From: a virus | Taxonomy: Duplodnaviria > Caudoviricetes | IMG/VR virus record: IMGVR_UViG_3300047160_003205 | Location: 1-64,000 of that record | Reading direction: 5' to 3' (one strand) | Length of the DNA stretch: 64,000 nucleotides | Shown here: positions 19,880 through 29,247 of the stretch, piece after piece | Position numbering within the stretch: position 1 is the stretch's first letter | Layout: the number at the start of each line of letters is the position of its first letter | The notes under the pieces: model-generated | The model's input: only the letters and a program-made list of their open reading frames with translations | The model's database searches: none | Told to the model about the DNA's origin: nothing | Program-made: the position numbers and the translations under genes

Positions 19880-20413
19880 TTAAAGATCACCCCTGCAGAA
19901 CAGTTCGATACAACACTTTACTAGTGCGTCCACATCCGCTTTCGCCCGGTGTGCTCCCGTGAATCCTTCAGCAAAAAGCTGCTTATGTAGGTCCTGGAGC
20001 GATAGCCGGTAGCCCGTCATCCATACCGTCTGTTCCACTGTGCACAGTACCCGGGGCCAGCGGATAGCGCGCTGAAGGCGCTGGTACTCTACCTCGACCA
20101 TCTCAGTATCGAAGGACACATTGTGCGAGATGACGAGGGGGGCTGTCTCTAAGGTGCGCTGGATAAGGTCGGCGAAGTGGGGAAAAGGCGGCCTCTCGGC
20201 CACCATGTCATTAGTGATGTTGTTCTTCTTGGTTATGTCCTCGGGGATGGCCCGGATGGGCTTGATTAGCTCATCAATCTCACTGAGCCGGTCGCCCGTC
20301 TTCAGGTCCACGAGGACGCTGTTGAACTCGATTATCTCAGGCTGTTTATCGAGGGGGAGGGTACGATTGTTAAGGAGACCCGTGGTCTCCGTGTCGAATA
20401 CTAACGCTAACAT
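19880..20413 (-). CDS. dnaQ: DEDDh 3'-5' exonuclease (DnaQ/epsilon-like)
   Basis: FDTETTG, SHNVSFD, AHRAKADV motifs. Confidence 0.9.
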   Translation of the reverse strand: MLALVFDTETTGLLNNRTLPLDKQPEIIEFNSVLVDLKTGDRLSEIDELIKPIRAIPEDITKKNNITNDMVAERPPFPHFADLIQRTLETAPLVISHNVSFDTEMVEVEYQRLQRAIRWPRVLCTVEQTVWMTGYRLSLQDLHKQLFAEGFTGAHRAKADVDALVKCCIELFCRGDL

Positions 20414-20643
20414 TAGTTTTCGACTTCAGCACTGTATTCGTTATCCCCATCCGCCAAATCATAGGTTTCTTCTTCAGGTTCGAAGAAGTCTTCATTCCAG
20501 TCTAGGACTTTTTGCCAAAAATCGCACCATTCCCCCACCCCCAGGTAATTAGGCCGTTTGACAATGCAGTTTTCTATCTCAACATAGTCACGGTATAACT
20601 CGATCTGGGCTATCAGACTCATGTTGGTTCCCCGTCTCGTCAA
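20413..20643 (-). CDS. Hypothetical acidic protein
   Basis: 76-aa ORF in the operon. Confidence 0.45.
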   Translation of the reverse strand: MTRRGTNMSLIAQIELYRDYVEIENCIVKRPNYLGVGEWCDFWQKVLDWNEDFFEPEEETYDLADGDNEYSAEVEN

Positions 20644-20908
20644 GGGCTGCTAGGATTGCTGCATAGACGATCAGGTCTTCAATGCTATCAGGGTGGCCAC
20701 TCGACCAATTAAACATGTATCGGCCGAGTTTAGCGACCATCGTCGTTAACACATGATAACGAGTGAAGTCCTGAGGGGACCGTAGGCGAACTCCGTTGGG
20801 AAAGAAAGTGCTAAGTGCCGCCCCGACACGCTCATAGTTGGCGCCATAAAGCTGTTCGCGTTCACTAAAGAGTGCTGCGGCAGCACTTAGCTTAGTTGGT
20901 GGACTCAT
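20588..20908 (-). CDS. DUF6378 / nucleotide-modification-associated-like helical protein
   Basis: ER..LYG.NY...KLGRY....HPDSIEDLIVYAAIL pattern. Confidence 0.6.
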   Translation of the reverse strand: MSPPTKLSAAAALFSEREQLYGANYERVGAALSTFFPNGVRLRSPQDFTRYHVLTTMVAKLGRYMFNWSSGHPDSIEDLIVYAAILAALDETGNQHESDSPDRVIP

Positions 20909-21303
20909 TAGATTGGGCTATTACTTCCACCTGGACCATATGAAGTCCCGTCTGGATCAATCCACCAGTAAGGGCCATGGTCGCCATCGTTGGTCGGAAC
21001 ACGACGGACTTCATAGTGAATATTCCGAAGAGTGTCCTGACCTACGAATTGTCCATTCGGTTCAACAAAACGGACATAACCTTGCCAGTTTTCTTCATCC
21101 TCAAGGTCCAGCCCCTTTTGAAGGGCTTTAGCATTAAGGGCGAAGTGTTCACCCATAGTCTTGCTACGAGTGATCTCAATAATAAGAACTTTCAGCTCTC
21201 GATTGTAGATGATTCGATTTGGGAAGTATCGTTTGGTGAAAGCCTCAGCTTTCGGCATGTACTTCCAGGCTCCCGTAAGGGAGGTCAAATCCTTCTGTCG
21301 CAT
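20908..21303 (-). CDS. Hypothetical protein
   Basis: 131-aa ORF, translationally coupled. Confidence 0.5.
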   Translation of the reverse strand: MRQKDLTSLTGAWKYMPKAEAFTKRYFPNRIIYNRELKVLIIEITRSKTMGEHFALNAKALQKGLDLEDEENWQGYVRFVEPNGQFVGQDTLRNIHYEVRRVPTNDGDHGPYWWIDPDGTSYGPGGSNSPI

Positions 21304-21328
21304 TGCACTCCTCCAGGGTGTCAGAGCT

Positions 21329-21835
21329 TCAGATCAGTTCAACACGCTTGATCATCTTCAGATAGACGCCAAGCACCCGGAGAGTACCGTAAATGCGGTA
21401 ATGGTAGAACCGCTTTCTTTCGATCAGATATGGATTGGTATGGGCTTCAGTCCACATCTCATAAATGATAGGAAATTCAAAGTCCTCAGGGAACTCCTCG
21501 ACATGGATACCAATGTGGCTGAGGAAGGAGGGGTTCTTGCGGAACCGCTTTTGCCAATAGGGGCTTTCAGACCCAAAGGTAACAATCTCAAGCTCAATGC
21601 CTAAATCGTAGTTGAACTCTAACAATGCAGCGACGGACCTGTATTCTCTTTTCCGATGAACGGCTCGACCCATTGCTACATCGGTAATCCACTCGGCATG
21701 CTCTAAGCCGAACAGTTCCTTCAGCTTCTCCCGCGCGTCCGTATCTACTGCATACCAGGCAACCTGATCAACAATCGCTTTTCCGAAGCGACCGATCAAG
21801 GGGGTCGCCATTGCTGGGGGAATTTCAGCCGCCAT
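21329..21835 (-). CDS. VOC/glyoxalase-fold protein
   Basis: IVDQVAW...GIELEIV...FLSHIGIHV metal-ligand pattern of the VOC family. Confidence 0.6.
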   Translation of the reverse strand: MAAEIPPAMATPLIGRFGKAIVDQVAWYAVDTDAREKLKELFGLEHAEWITDVAMGRAVHRKREYRSVAALLEFNYDLGIELEIVTFGSESPYWQKRFRKNPSFLSHIGIHVEEFPEDFEFPIIYEMWTEAHTNPYLIERKRFYHYRIYGTLRVLGVYLKMIKRVELI

Positions 21836-22523
21836 ATGGAATGTCTAGTCCTGCTAGGTACTTGTGACGTTCCTTCGTACTGAGAAGGAATGCGATGAAC
21901 TCCGCCAGCACTTCAGGATCAATCTCTTCCCCCGCCTTTAGCGCGGCCAGTTGGTAGGCTTTCGCTTCTTCCTCGCTCCAGCCGCGCGTCTCCATCACCC
22001 GCTTCTCAATGAGACGGCTCATCTCCGTCCCCCTCAGCTTTCCCGGACTAATGGAGAACGCGGTGATGTTGTGAGTGACCTTAAGCTCACGCGCGAACTG
22101 GGCGGTTAGTATCTTGGCCGCGCCCTTACTCGCATTATAGGCCGCACTCGCAGTCATCGGTACGGTCGCCGCATTCGATACAATGTTAAGCACGGTTCCG
22201 CCGCGAAGGTTCTCCAACAGCGCCTTCGTGACAATGAAGATACCCTTCGCATTGGTATCCATCACCCTGTCCCAGCTATTACTGGAGAGGTCAGGAAGGT
22301 AAGCGACCTCATTGACCCCGGCGCAGTTGATGAGCCCGTCCAGTTCCAACCCTTTCAGGACCGCCGCTTCCTTAGCCACTGCCGCTTCGTCGGTGATATC
22401 CAACCCCGGCAGAGACCAATCAAAGATCGTGATCCCATTCGAGTTGAAGTGGCCAAACATGGCCTGGTAGATCGCCTTTCCCAATCCTGAGGACGCTCCG
22501 GTGATGACATAGCTCCTAGACAA
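21825..22523 (-). CDS. Short-chain dehydrogenase/reductase (classical SDR)
   Basis: TGASSGLG, NCAG, catalytic YNASK, ISPG. Confidence 0.92.
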   Translation of the reverse strand: MSRSYVITGASSGLGKAIYQAMFGHFNSNGITIFDWSLPGLDITDEAAVAKEAAVLKGLELDGLINCAGVNEVAYLPDLSSNSWDRVMDTNAKGIFIVTKALLENLRGGTVLNIVSNAATVPMTASAAYNASKGAAKILTAQFARELKVTHNITAFSISPGKLRGTEMSRLIEKRVMETRGWSEEEAKAYQLAALKAGEEIDPEVLAEFIAFLLSTKERHKYLAGLDIPYGG

Positions 22524-22956
22524 GCTCAGGCCTCCGTGCCCTAACCAGTAAGGTTGTGATGCCCTCCTCAGCCCAAGCAGCCGCTATCGCCTCATTATCC
22601 TCTAGGATCAGGCTGATACGGCGAAGATCACCGCCCATGGAAGTCCGGGCGATGTCGAGTTTCATGATTGCGGCTGGGCGATAATCGTCATTGCCGCGCA
22701 TGTATAGCTCGGCGAACTCGACCCCGTGGTGAATCAGCCAAGTAAGCGTGATCCCCCGGTACTTCTCTGGCCGCCCGGTAAGGCAGATGACATGGTGCCC
22801 CGCTCGCGTGAGCGCGTTCACGAGGGCGATCATCTCAGTGATCGGCTCGTCGTGGACGGACGCTAGGTGGAAGGCGTCCCAGCCATCCTCATCGATCAGC
22901 TTCTCCCGGTGAAAGCCTGCGGAAAGGGTGTTGTCTACATCAGCGACGATTATCAT
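22516..22956 (-). CDS. HAD phosphatase (PNK 3'-phosphatase-like)
   Basis: DVDNT motif I, LTGR motif II, LYMR...K, LEDN motif IV. Confidence 0.88.
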   Translation of the reverse strand: MIIVADVDNTLSAGFHREKLIDEDGWDAFHLASVHDEPITEMIALVNALTRAGHHVICLTGRPEKYRGITLTWLIHHGVEFAELYMRGNDDYRPAAIMKLDIARTSMGGDLRRISLILEDNEAIAAAWAEEGITTLLVRARRPELV

Positions 22957-23150
22957 TGGCCTTTGTCGGGTTCATAGAGGGTTCTTACATCAATGTCACG
23001 TGCGTATCCTGGATACTTAGAAGCGAATTGAAATCCATACAGGAAGCCATTCAGGAAGCTTTCCCGATCCAGTCCGGGTAGCTTCTCACGTGCATGATTA
23101 TATGCATGCGCGATGACGTCTATTGCTTCGTCCTTGAGGATGGTGCTCAT
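22953..23150 (-). CDS. Hypothetical protein
   Basis: 65-aa coupled ORF. Confidence 0.45.
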   Translation of the reverse strand: MSTILKDEAIDVIAHAYNHAREKLPGLDRESFLNGFLYGFQFASKYPGYARDIDVRTLYEPDKGQ

Positions 23151-23894
23151 TCATGAAGCCTTGATTAGATCAATCGCCTTAGCAATCTTTATCTTGGTCT
23201 CATGGTCGAGTGTTAAGGCGACCTCTTCTAGCATCCGTAGCCCCTTGTCGTACTTGTTCTCGAAAAATTGAGACGACCAAGGCCACACTCGCAACGTCTC
23301 CGCTTTCATCTGGCGGACAATATCTACATAAGCCCCTTGAACTCGGAGTGATTCACGCTTCTGAACCAGCTCCACAAGCGTGCGAAGGTTGTACTTAGCG
23401 ATCCCATTCGTGTGGATGCCGCCCGGCAAAAGGTCACGGGCATCCTCTAGTGGCGTACCTCCCGCAACCTCATTTGCATAACAAGCAACGGCTTCTTCCA
23501 TCGCTCTATCAAACATACCAGGAACGCCATTCCGGGTCGGTTTGGTCGCCGTCCACTTTGGTGTATCCCACGTCGCCTCGCTCATATCCGTGACGCGCTG
23601 GGACTGCATGGCGTAGGAGCCTGTGCGAGTACGGACCAGTTGAAGGCTCGTGTTTCGGCTCATTCTCTCGATGCAAAACACTAGGTCAACCATCTCCCAT
23701 GAGGAAGGGATGGTCCCCGCCATGTACTCCATCTCGTCTAATATGTTGCTCTCCGGTTCACTGAGCCGGAAAGCCCCCCAATTTCCCGGGGTTAAGCTGA
23801 AACGGGTGTTCTTCGTGAAGGCTAGGAGCCGGGCCGCATATAGCGGGTCGGGGTGCCCTTTGCCGGTGTAGTCGATGAGCGTGACTTTAGGCAT
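23151..23894 (-). CDS. thyX: ThyX-like flavin-dependent thymidylate synthase homologue (divergent)
   Basis: QLVRTRTGSYAMQSQR corresponds to the RHRx7S motif; EDARDLLP, NLRTL...R...Q. Confidence 0.75.
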   Translation of the reverse strand: MPKVTLIDYTGKGHPDPLYAARLLAFTKNTRFSLTPGNWGAFRLSEPESNILDEMEYMAGTIPSSWEMVDLVFCIERMSRNTSLQLVRTRTGSYAMQSQRVTDMSEATWDTPKWTATKPTRNGVPGMFDRAMEEAVACYANEVAGGTPLEDARDLLPGGIHTNGIAKYNLRTLVELVQKRESLRVQGAYVDIVRQMKAETLRVWPWSSQFFENKYDKGLRMLEEVALTLDHETKIKIAKAIDLIKAS

Positions 23895-24213
23895 CGATCT
23901 TCTCCGGGGTCTTCACTGGCCCTTCGGGAGCCTTTGTCCACGGCTTCTTCAGGGACTCCAGGACCTTTTGGAAGTCATCATTCTTACTCAACCGGCGGAA
24001 GCGTTCAGCATAATAGCCAATCTCCGGAATCACACCCAGGCTGATTTCTTCCAGGTGGACTCCTTTCTCCCGCCCATCCTTTACCACCTTCCTGATCGTG
24101 TACTGGGCGTTTAGGATGAGAAAGGAACACATCCACGCTGATGCTTCCTTGTTCGCTTTTGGGGTGACATCGACGCAAATGACCACGTCACCTTTTCCTA
24201 GATCGTCAGACAT
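23887..24213 (-). CDS. Hypothetical protein
   Basis: 108-aa ORF in the operon. Confidence 0.5.
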   Translation of the reverse strand: MSDDLGKGDVVICVDVTPKANKEASAWMCSFLILNAQYTIRKVVKDGREKGVHLEEISLGVIPEIGYYAERFRRLSKNDDFQKVLESLKKPWTKAPEGPVKTPEKIDA

Positions 24214-24268
24214 TACAATCCTCCGCGCCTTTCTTTATTATACCCCGGATCAACGCTGCTATAGAATG

Positions 24269-25267
24269 CTAAAGAGAGAACGTCCAGCGCTGTCTCACCA
24301 TATCATAGCGCCCGGCGTCCATCCATCCGGCAATGAGCCTGACGTCCTGTATGAGGCTATCCAGCAGCAGCCCAGGCCTCGCCGTCGCATAGCGCCCGAG
24401 CGAGAACACATTGTGCTTGTCGGTGGCCCAGTGGATGAAGAACCGCCGGGCGGTCTCTCGCACAGGCAATATCTTCTGGTAAGCTGAATACACCACTACC
24501 ACTTCGCTCAGGTCTTCGTATTGCATCCCCAACAACTCCATGGCCTCAGTCGCAAGTTGGACTGCTACGAAGTTCTCTATGAGCTGGACATCTGGCACTT
24601 CTACAATGAGCTCATTCCCAGTTACAGTGATGCGAGTGAACCGAAAGGATGGATCAGGAACCAGGAGGCTGACATACGCCTCGCAATCCTTAATCCGTCC
24701 ACGAATGTTCACGCCAGGGATATTCCTGAACTTAATATCCTCCTGATACGGATAATTGAGCGCGGCGGCGAGGGAAGGCATGGGGATCGTACTGATGTAA
24801 GGCCCCTCGCCACTGAAGTCGGCTGTGTGGCCAAATTCCAGGGCTCCACTCAACGGCTCCGCGAGCCTGGCAATGAAATCGGGTGGAGCGATATACCTAG
24901 TCTCAGTGACTAGTCCTTCAGTTATACTTCGATCAGACCGGCGAATACCAGTGTTCTTGAAACTGTAGGAGAGGCAGTCTGCGATTGGATTGCGCCATGG
25001 AAGCGTGCCCTTGATCATGAGGACTTGCTTGAACGGGATACCAGTGGCATCACCGACCGCCCCCGTCCGGAAGCGGAGGGTGGCGGAGTGATTGTTGGGG
25101 AGTTCGGACTGTGATTCGAGGATGGTCGGCTTCCGGCGCAAGAGCAGGTTCCCTGCTAAGAGCCCTGCCATCCCTGCGCCAATGATTGTTACCATTCCAC
25201 CCTCCGGAACGACGGCTGGGACATCACGCCCACTTACGGCTTGGAAGGCTCGGAGAGGACCTAACAA
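24269..25267 (-). CDS. FAD-dependent oxidoreductase (UDP-galactopyranose mutase / HemY-like fold)
   Basis: IIGAGMAG Rossmann motif, FTRIT, NVFSLGRYA near the C-terminus. Confidence 0.7.
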   Translation of the reverse strand: MLGPLRAFQAVSGRDVPAVVPEGGMVTIIGAGMAGLLAGNLLLRRKPTILESQSELPNNHSATLRFRTGAVGDATGIPFKQVLMIKGTLPWRNPIADCLSYSFKNTGIRRSDRSITEGLVTETRYIAPPDFIARLAEPLSGALEFGHTADFSGEGPYISTIPMPSLAAALNYPYQEDIKFRNIPGVNIRGRIKDCEAYVSLLVPDPSFRFTRITVTGNELIVEVPDVQLIENFVAVQLATEAMELLGMQYEDLSEVVVVYSAYQKILPVRETARRFFIHWATDKHNVFSLGRYATARPGLLLDSLIQDVRLIAGWMDAGRYDMVRQRWTFSL

Positions 25268-25309
25268 GCACCGTCGCCACGCGCACCTACGCCTGAGACC
25301 GGAGCGGTG

Positions 25310-26113
25310 TCACATAGGCGCGCTGTCTGGATCCACTTCTTCGAATTGGACGGGGGTCTCTACCATCTTCTCACCCGCCTCGAATGAGTTGTTTAGTTCT
25401 TCGCCCCGGTTGTATTCATCCTGCTCCTGGACCCAACCGGCATCCGAGATGTCCCAGGTCATCCAGGTTCCAGCCGCATTGGTGCGCGGCTTCGTCCGCA
25501 GCCGGTAGAGGCAAGCCCATGACGGCGGCTTCACCCCAAACGCCTTCTTCCGGTTCATCATAAACATCCAGTTCCGAGACACCGTATGTCCCGAGGATGT
25601 CATGGGAATGACGTAGGGGATCGCCATGTCTTCAAAGATGACATAGCCCGTATGATAGCGCGTCTGTACCACCTCATTCCCATTGGGACGAACCCATCGG
25701 AACTTGTTGGGGTTCTGAGGGTCTTGCTTTTGCTCAGCGTCAGCCGGGCGCTCTAGGTGACGGCCTACAAAGCCGCCGCCTTTTGACCTGGGTATCCATT
25801 CAACCCAATCAACATGGAAGTAGCAAGGCTGGAACAATATCCCGTCATCCCCATTGATAGCGGGGACACCACTGTTCCGAAGCCATATTGCCCCCGCCTC
25901 TCCCCCTTCAACATAATTTGGGTCTTTCCTCTGAGCCTGTGGGCTTTGGGCTTGAAGGATATAAATGAGAGGGACGAGGTTGTCCTCCGCCCGGGTACTG
26001 ACCCCCTTCCCGGCATCCTTAACGACTGACTCCTTGAGGAAGGCCGGAACAGTTCCGGGTTCGGGAACGGATGGAAGGTTGGTTTCTTCTGAGGCTGCTG
26101 CTTTCGCCATCAT
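25310..26113 (-). CDS. Putative ssDNA-binding/annealing protein
   Basis: Beta-rich core with aromatic residues, acidic C-terminal tail, position in the replication module. Confidence 0.45.
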   Translation of the reverse strand: MMAKAAASEETNLPSVPEPGTVPAFLKESVVKDAGKGVSTRAEDNLVPLIYILQAQSPQAQRKDPNYVEGGEAGAIWLRNSGVPAINGDDGILFQPCYFHVDWVEWIPRSKGGGFVGRHLERPADAEQKQDPQNPNKFRWVRPNGNEVVQTRYHTGYVIFEDMAIPYVIPMTSSGHTVSRNWMFMMNRKKAFGVKPPSWACLYRLRTKPRTNAAGTWMTWDISDAGWVQEQDEYNRGEELNNSFEAGEKMVETPVQFEEVDPDSAPM

Positions 26114-26739
26114 TTCTGGTCCTTGAGCTTGACGATACGGCCCACTGTGCCGCCGATCTTGTCGAGGTCCGGTAGCTTGTGTTTCACTTCCACCTGTTCT
26201 TTTAGCCAGGCGGTAAGGGTCATGTTATGAACTGACTCGGCCACAATGGGAAGATAACCCATTGCTTGGAGCTTCATGACTAGCTCCTGAGCCCGGGCGC
26301 GGTCCTCGCGGTTGAAAGGGACGGTGACGATAGTCTTGATAAGGTCTTTCGCATCCATCCCTTCCAGGTACGCGAAGCCCTCGGTGCGCTTCGTGTGGTC
26401 CCATTCCGCGCTAATGTTAGCGCGGTAGTAGGGGGAGGCCGTCGCGATCACCCCTGGATAGTTGCCCTCTGGGGGAAGGCTAATGCTATCGACCCCGACC
26501 TCATCAAACAGATCAGGCAAGTCTTTCATGTAGAGATTGTAGAGTGCGATGTTCGTCTCTTTAAGGCGGGCCTCTAGGTCCGCCTTCTCGCTTTCCATCG
26601 CTCTCGCGCCCGATACGGCGTCGCGGAGCCGCTGTAAGCGGTCGGCGCTAGGGGTAGATCGGTCCTCGGTGAGAAGCCGCCGTAGAGCCTCGGGCGGGCC
26701 GGAATTGGTGTCCGGGCTTTTTCTGGGCAATTTGGCCAT
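26110..26739 (-). CDS. Conserved phage replication-module protein
   Basis: LPDLFDEVGVDSI...VHNMTLTAWLKEQ pattern, commonly adjacent to SSB-like genes. Confidence 0.55.
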   Translation of the reverse strand: MAKLPRKSPDTNSGPPEALRRLLTEDRSTPSADRLQRLRDAVSGARAMESEKADLEARLKETNIALYNLYMKDLPDLFDEVGVDSISLPPEGNYPGVIATASPYYRANISAEWDHTKRTEGFAYLEGMDAKDLIKTIVTVPFNREDRARAQELVMKLQAMGYLPIVAESVHNMTLTAWLKEQVEVKHKLPDLDKIGGTVGRIVKLKDQK

Positions 26740-26834
26740 ATGGTAGGTGCTCCGTCGATCTCAGGAGCCTAATCCATATGGGAGTAGAAAGAAAGTGGAA
26801 AGTTATGGACAATTCATCTGTATGACATATAGAC

Positions 26835-26921
26835 AAAAAAGATGCGTCCCAGGCTTCCGGGGCTGTGGAAACCTGGGACGCCGCTAAACCGCCAGTGGGT
26901 GGGGCTGGGGGCGGTTCAGCG
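26835..26921 (-). terminator. Two tandem hairpins; the left one is a minus-strand intrinsic terminator
   Basis: GCGTCCCAGG/CCTGGGACGC (26844-26881) with A6 to its left; CGCTAAACCGCC/GGCGGTTCAGCG (26882-26921). Confidence 0.65.
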
Positions 26922-26930
26922 AACTGATGC

Positions 26931-27329
26931 TTACTTGGGCTCCTTGATCAGGACCTCAGTCCAGAAGAAGCCCTTTCCAGGAACATAGGCCAGAACCCAA
27001 ACGCTGGGCTCATCCTTCATTTCCGGAATCACAGGAAGCTGGGTCGGGAACAACGGGTGAGAGGGCGTGCCCGGGGGTAGCTCCGGAAGCTGATCCGGAT
27101 AGATTGGCGCTGGAAGATGGGCCGGGAAGGATGGTTCGCCCGGCGCTGGAAGGTGCGACGGGTGGCCTGGGCCAGGGCCAGCGATGGGATGCTCCGGCGT
27201 GCCCGGGGGTGGCGCCACTGGCGGGGTAGGTGTAGGACGAGGCTCACCAGGCGGTTCGGCGATAGGGTGAACCGGGTGAGCGCCTGGATCTAGCTCAACC
27301 CAGGTAATCAGTGCGAGGTGCGAAGACAT
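26931..27329 (-). CDS. Pro/His-repeat protein
   Basis: Repeated HPxHP(I/L)A and PSHLP units; C-terminal WVLAYVPGKGFFW. Confidence 0.65.
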   Translation of the reverse strand: MSSHLALITWVELDPGAHPVHPIAEPPGEPRPTPTPPVAPPPGTPEHPIAGPGPGHPSHLPAPGEPSFPAHLPAPIYPDQLPELPPGTPSHPLFPTQLPVIPEMKDEPSVWVLAYVPGKGFFWTEVLIKEPK

Positions 27330-27468
27330 TGGTACTCCTAATGAGGGGAAGGCGGCGGACAGTAGTTGACCAGCACATAAGCCGCTCTTTCTGGCTGGTC
27401 AGTCGGCTGCTCCGGTGGCGGTGTTGGACACCCCTGCAACACCGTCCCGAGGATTACGGCCACAAGCA

Positions 27469-27693
27469 TCAGCGACGATGCCTATGGTGATGGTGCCGGT
27501 GCCTATGGTGCCCGCGCCGGCAGTCGGTCGCCAATTTGTACGAGGCCGGGATCATCCGGGGGCTCGCACTAGGCGGCGCGGCAGTCGACATGGAGATAGG
27601 GGCCGGGGACACGGGCTTCGGCATATCGACGCTCGTGGTGGGAGCCCCGGTCAGGAGCACATAGGCGGCGGCGTAGATGACTCTGTCAAGCAT
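27469..27693 (-). CDS. Small secreted protein with His/Arg-rich tail
   Basis: Hydrophobic N-terminus; ends HHRHRHHHHRHRR. Confidence 0.5.
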   Translation of the reverse strand: MLDRVIYAAAYVLLTGAPTTSVDMPKPVSPAPISMSTAAPPSASPRMIPASYKLATDCRRGHHRHRHHHHRHRR

Positions 27694-27742
27694 GACACTC
27701 TCCTAGGAATGAGCGCGGGGGAGTTTACCCCCCGCGTCATTA

Positions 27743-28687
27743 TCAGCCGCGTGGCGTCTTGGGCACCTCCTGCGTCGGTGGCTCGGGCGGGGGAGCCGCC
27801 TGAGGAGCCGCTTCCGGCGGTGGCGGAGGGGGAGCGCTGTAGAAGTTGATCGGCGGCGGCGCGGGAGGCGGGGTTGGCGGCGCGGGCTCGTAGGATGACG
27901 GCCCTTGCTGTTGATACCCTGCCGTTCCCGGACAGGGGCGTCCCACCTTCTCGAAGGCTTCCTCGATCATCTTATCGCCGCAAAGGACGGCTCGCGCCGC
28001 TTCACGGTCGCCGGTCAGGTTCGCAACTTCGCGGGCGTTCAACCGGCGGACGCACGACTTGTCGGTCCAAGAGGACCCCAAGCTGAACCCCCAGCCCATA
28101 CCAGCACCCCCAGCCGACGTAGAGCCCATACAGGTATCCGTGAGGGTCGTCGTCAGCGCGGGAGCATAGACATTTGGAGTTGACGTTACCCGCGTGCTCG
28201 TGTGATCGGGGATCGCCGGGCTGTTGAGAGTGATATCCTGGCGGTTCCCGGCGTTGGATGCCTGGTTCTGAGCCGACGAGTTGGCGTTCCCCCCCGTCGC
28301 GTTTCCCCCGTTGGCCTTCGCGACCGAAGAAGTGGAGGCCGACGAGTTGGCATTGCTGGTGGAGGTATCAGGTCCCACCGTGGTCGTCTGCGGCCCTACC
28401 GTCGTCGTCTGAGGACCGACAGTGGTCTGTTGACCACCGTTATTGGCGTTCGACGCGGACCCCGAGTTGGCGCCGCTCGTGGAGTTGGAGTTGGAGGTAT
28501 CCGGGCCAACGGTGACGCCGCCGTTGTTAGCGGACGAGCCTCCATTGGTAATGGAACCCTGCGTCTGGGTCTGGGCCTGGTTGGCGGCTGCGCCGCTATT
28601 CGCGGTGGAATCCGAGGATTGCTGCGCGAGCGCGGACCCTCCCACCAGGACGAGAGCGAGGGCGCTCGTCAGAAGAAGCTTTTTCAT
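27743..28687 (-). CDS. Secreted low-complexity protein with a Cys-containing domain (314 aa)
   Basis: Signal peptide MKKLLLTSALALVLVGGSALA starting at 28687; TTVGP repeats; four Cys near the C-terminus; poly-Pro tail. Confidence 0.75.
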   Translation of the reverse strand: MKKLLLTSALALVLVGGSALAQQSSDSTANSGAAANQAQTQTQGSITNGGSSANNGGVTVGPDTSNSNSTSGANSGSASNANNGGQQTTVGPQTTTVGPQTTTVGPDTSTSNANSSASTSSVAKANGGNATGGNANSSAQNQASNAGNRQDITLNSPAIPDHTSTRVTSTPNVYAPALTTTLTDTCMGSTSAGGAGMGWGFSLGSSWTDKSCVRRLNAREVANLTGDREAARAVLCGDKMIEEAFEKVGRPCPGTAGYQQQGPSSYEPAPPTPPPAPPPINFYSAPPPPPPEAAPQAAPPPEPPTQEVPKTPRG

Positions 28688-28760
28688 GGTGCCCCTATTT
28701 GAGGATGTTTTAAGACTGGAAAGGGCGGGGACCAAAGCCCCCGCCCCCCCAAAGCGCCCT

Positions 28761-29102
28761 TTAGTGCGCGGAGGCCGTCGCCGTGCCGTTTCCGGTCTGG
28801 AACGAGAACGAGCCGGTGAGGGCCGCGCCCGTCGAGCCGTTGACGTTGACGGCCGAGCCAGTCGTGGTCGTGCCCGCATGCGTCGCCGAGAACACCGGCT
28901 GAAGGCTCAGCGCCTGAGCATTCGAGTTCGTGGTGTTCGTCGCCGTCGAAGCCGAGCCCGAAATGCCCGGACCGACTTGGACCGCTGCGCCGCCGCTGGC
29001 GACGGTGCTGGAGGCGGTCGCGGTCGTATCGGCGGCCGCAAGCGCCGAGCCCGCACCAGCGAGCACGGCAAAAGCGGCAACCGTTGCGAAAAGCTTCTTC
29101 AT
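28761..29102 (-). CDS. Secreted Ala/Ser/Thr-rich protein
   Basis: Signal peptide MKKLFATVAAFAVLAGAGSALA. Confidence 0.7.
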   Translation of the reverse strand: MKKLFATVAAFAVLAGAGSALAAADTTATASSTVASGGAAVQVGPGISGSASTATNTTNSNAQALSLQPVFSATHAGTTTTGSAVNVNGSTGAALTGSFSFQTGNGTATASAH

Positions 29103-29247
29103 GATTCGAGGTTCCTCTGCCCTACGTCGGGAATATGATCTCGGGAAGTGGCGTAGGGCGTCCCCCCACCCGAGAAACCGAACTTTCTTTATCCTACCCT
29201 AAGCGTTCTGCTTCCGCGCTGGTTTTCGTTCGCCCAGACGATTTTTC

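Noticed and set aside
28688-28879. Arg-rich 64-aa N-terminal extension of the 27743 ORF
   Set aside because: It overlaps the upstream secreted gene; the real start is the signal peptide ATG at 28687.
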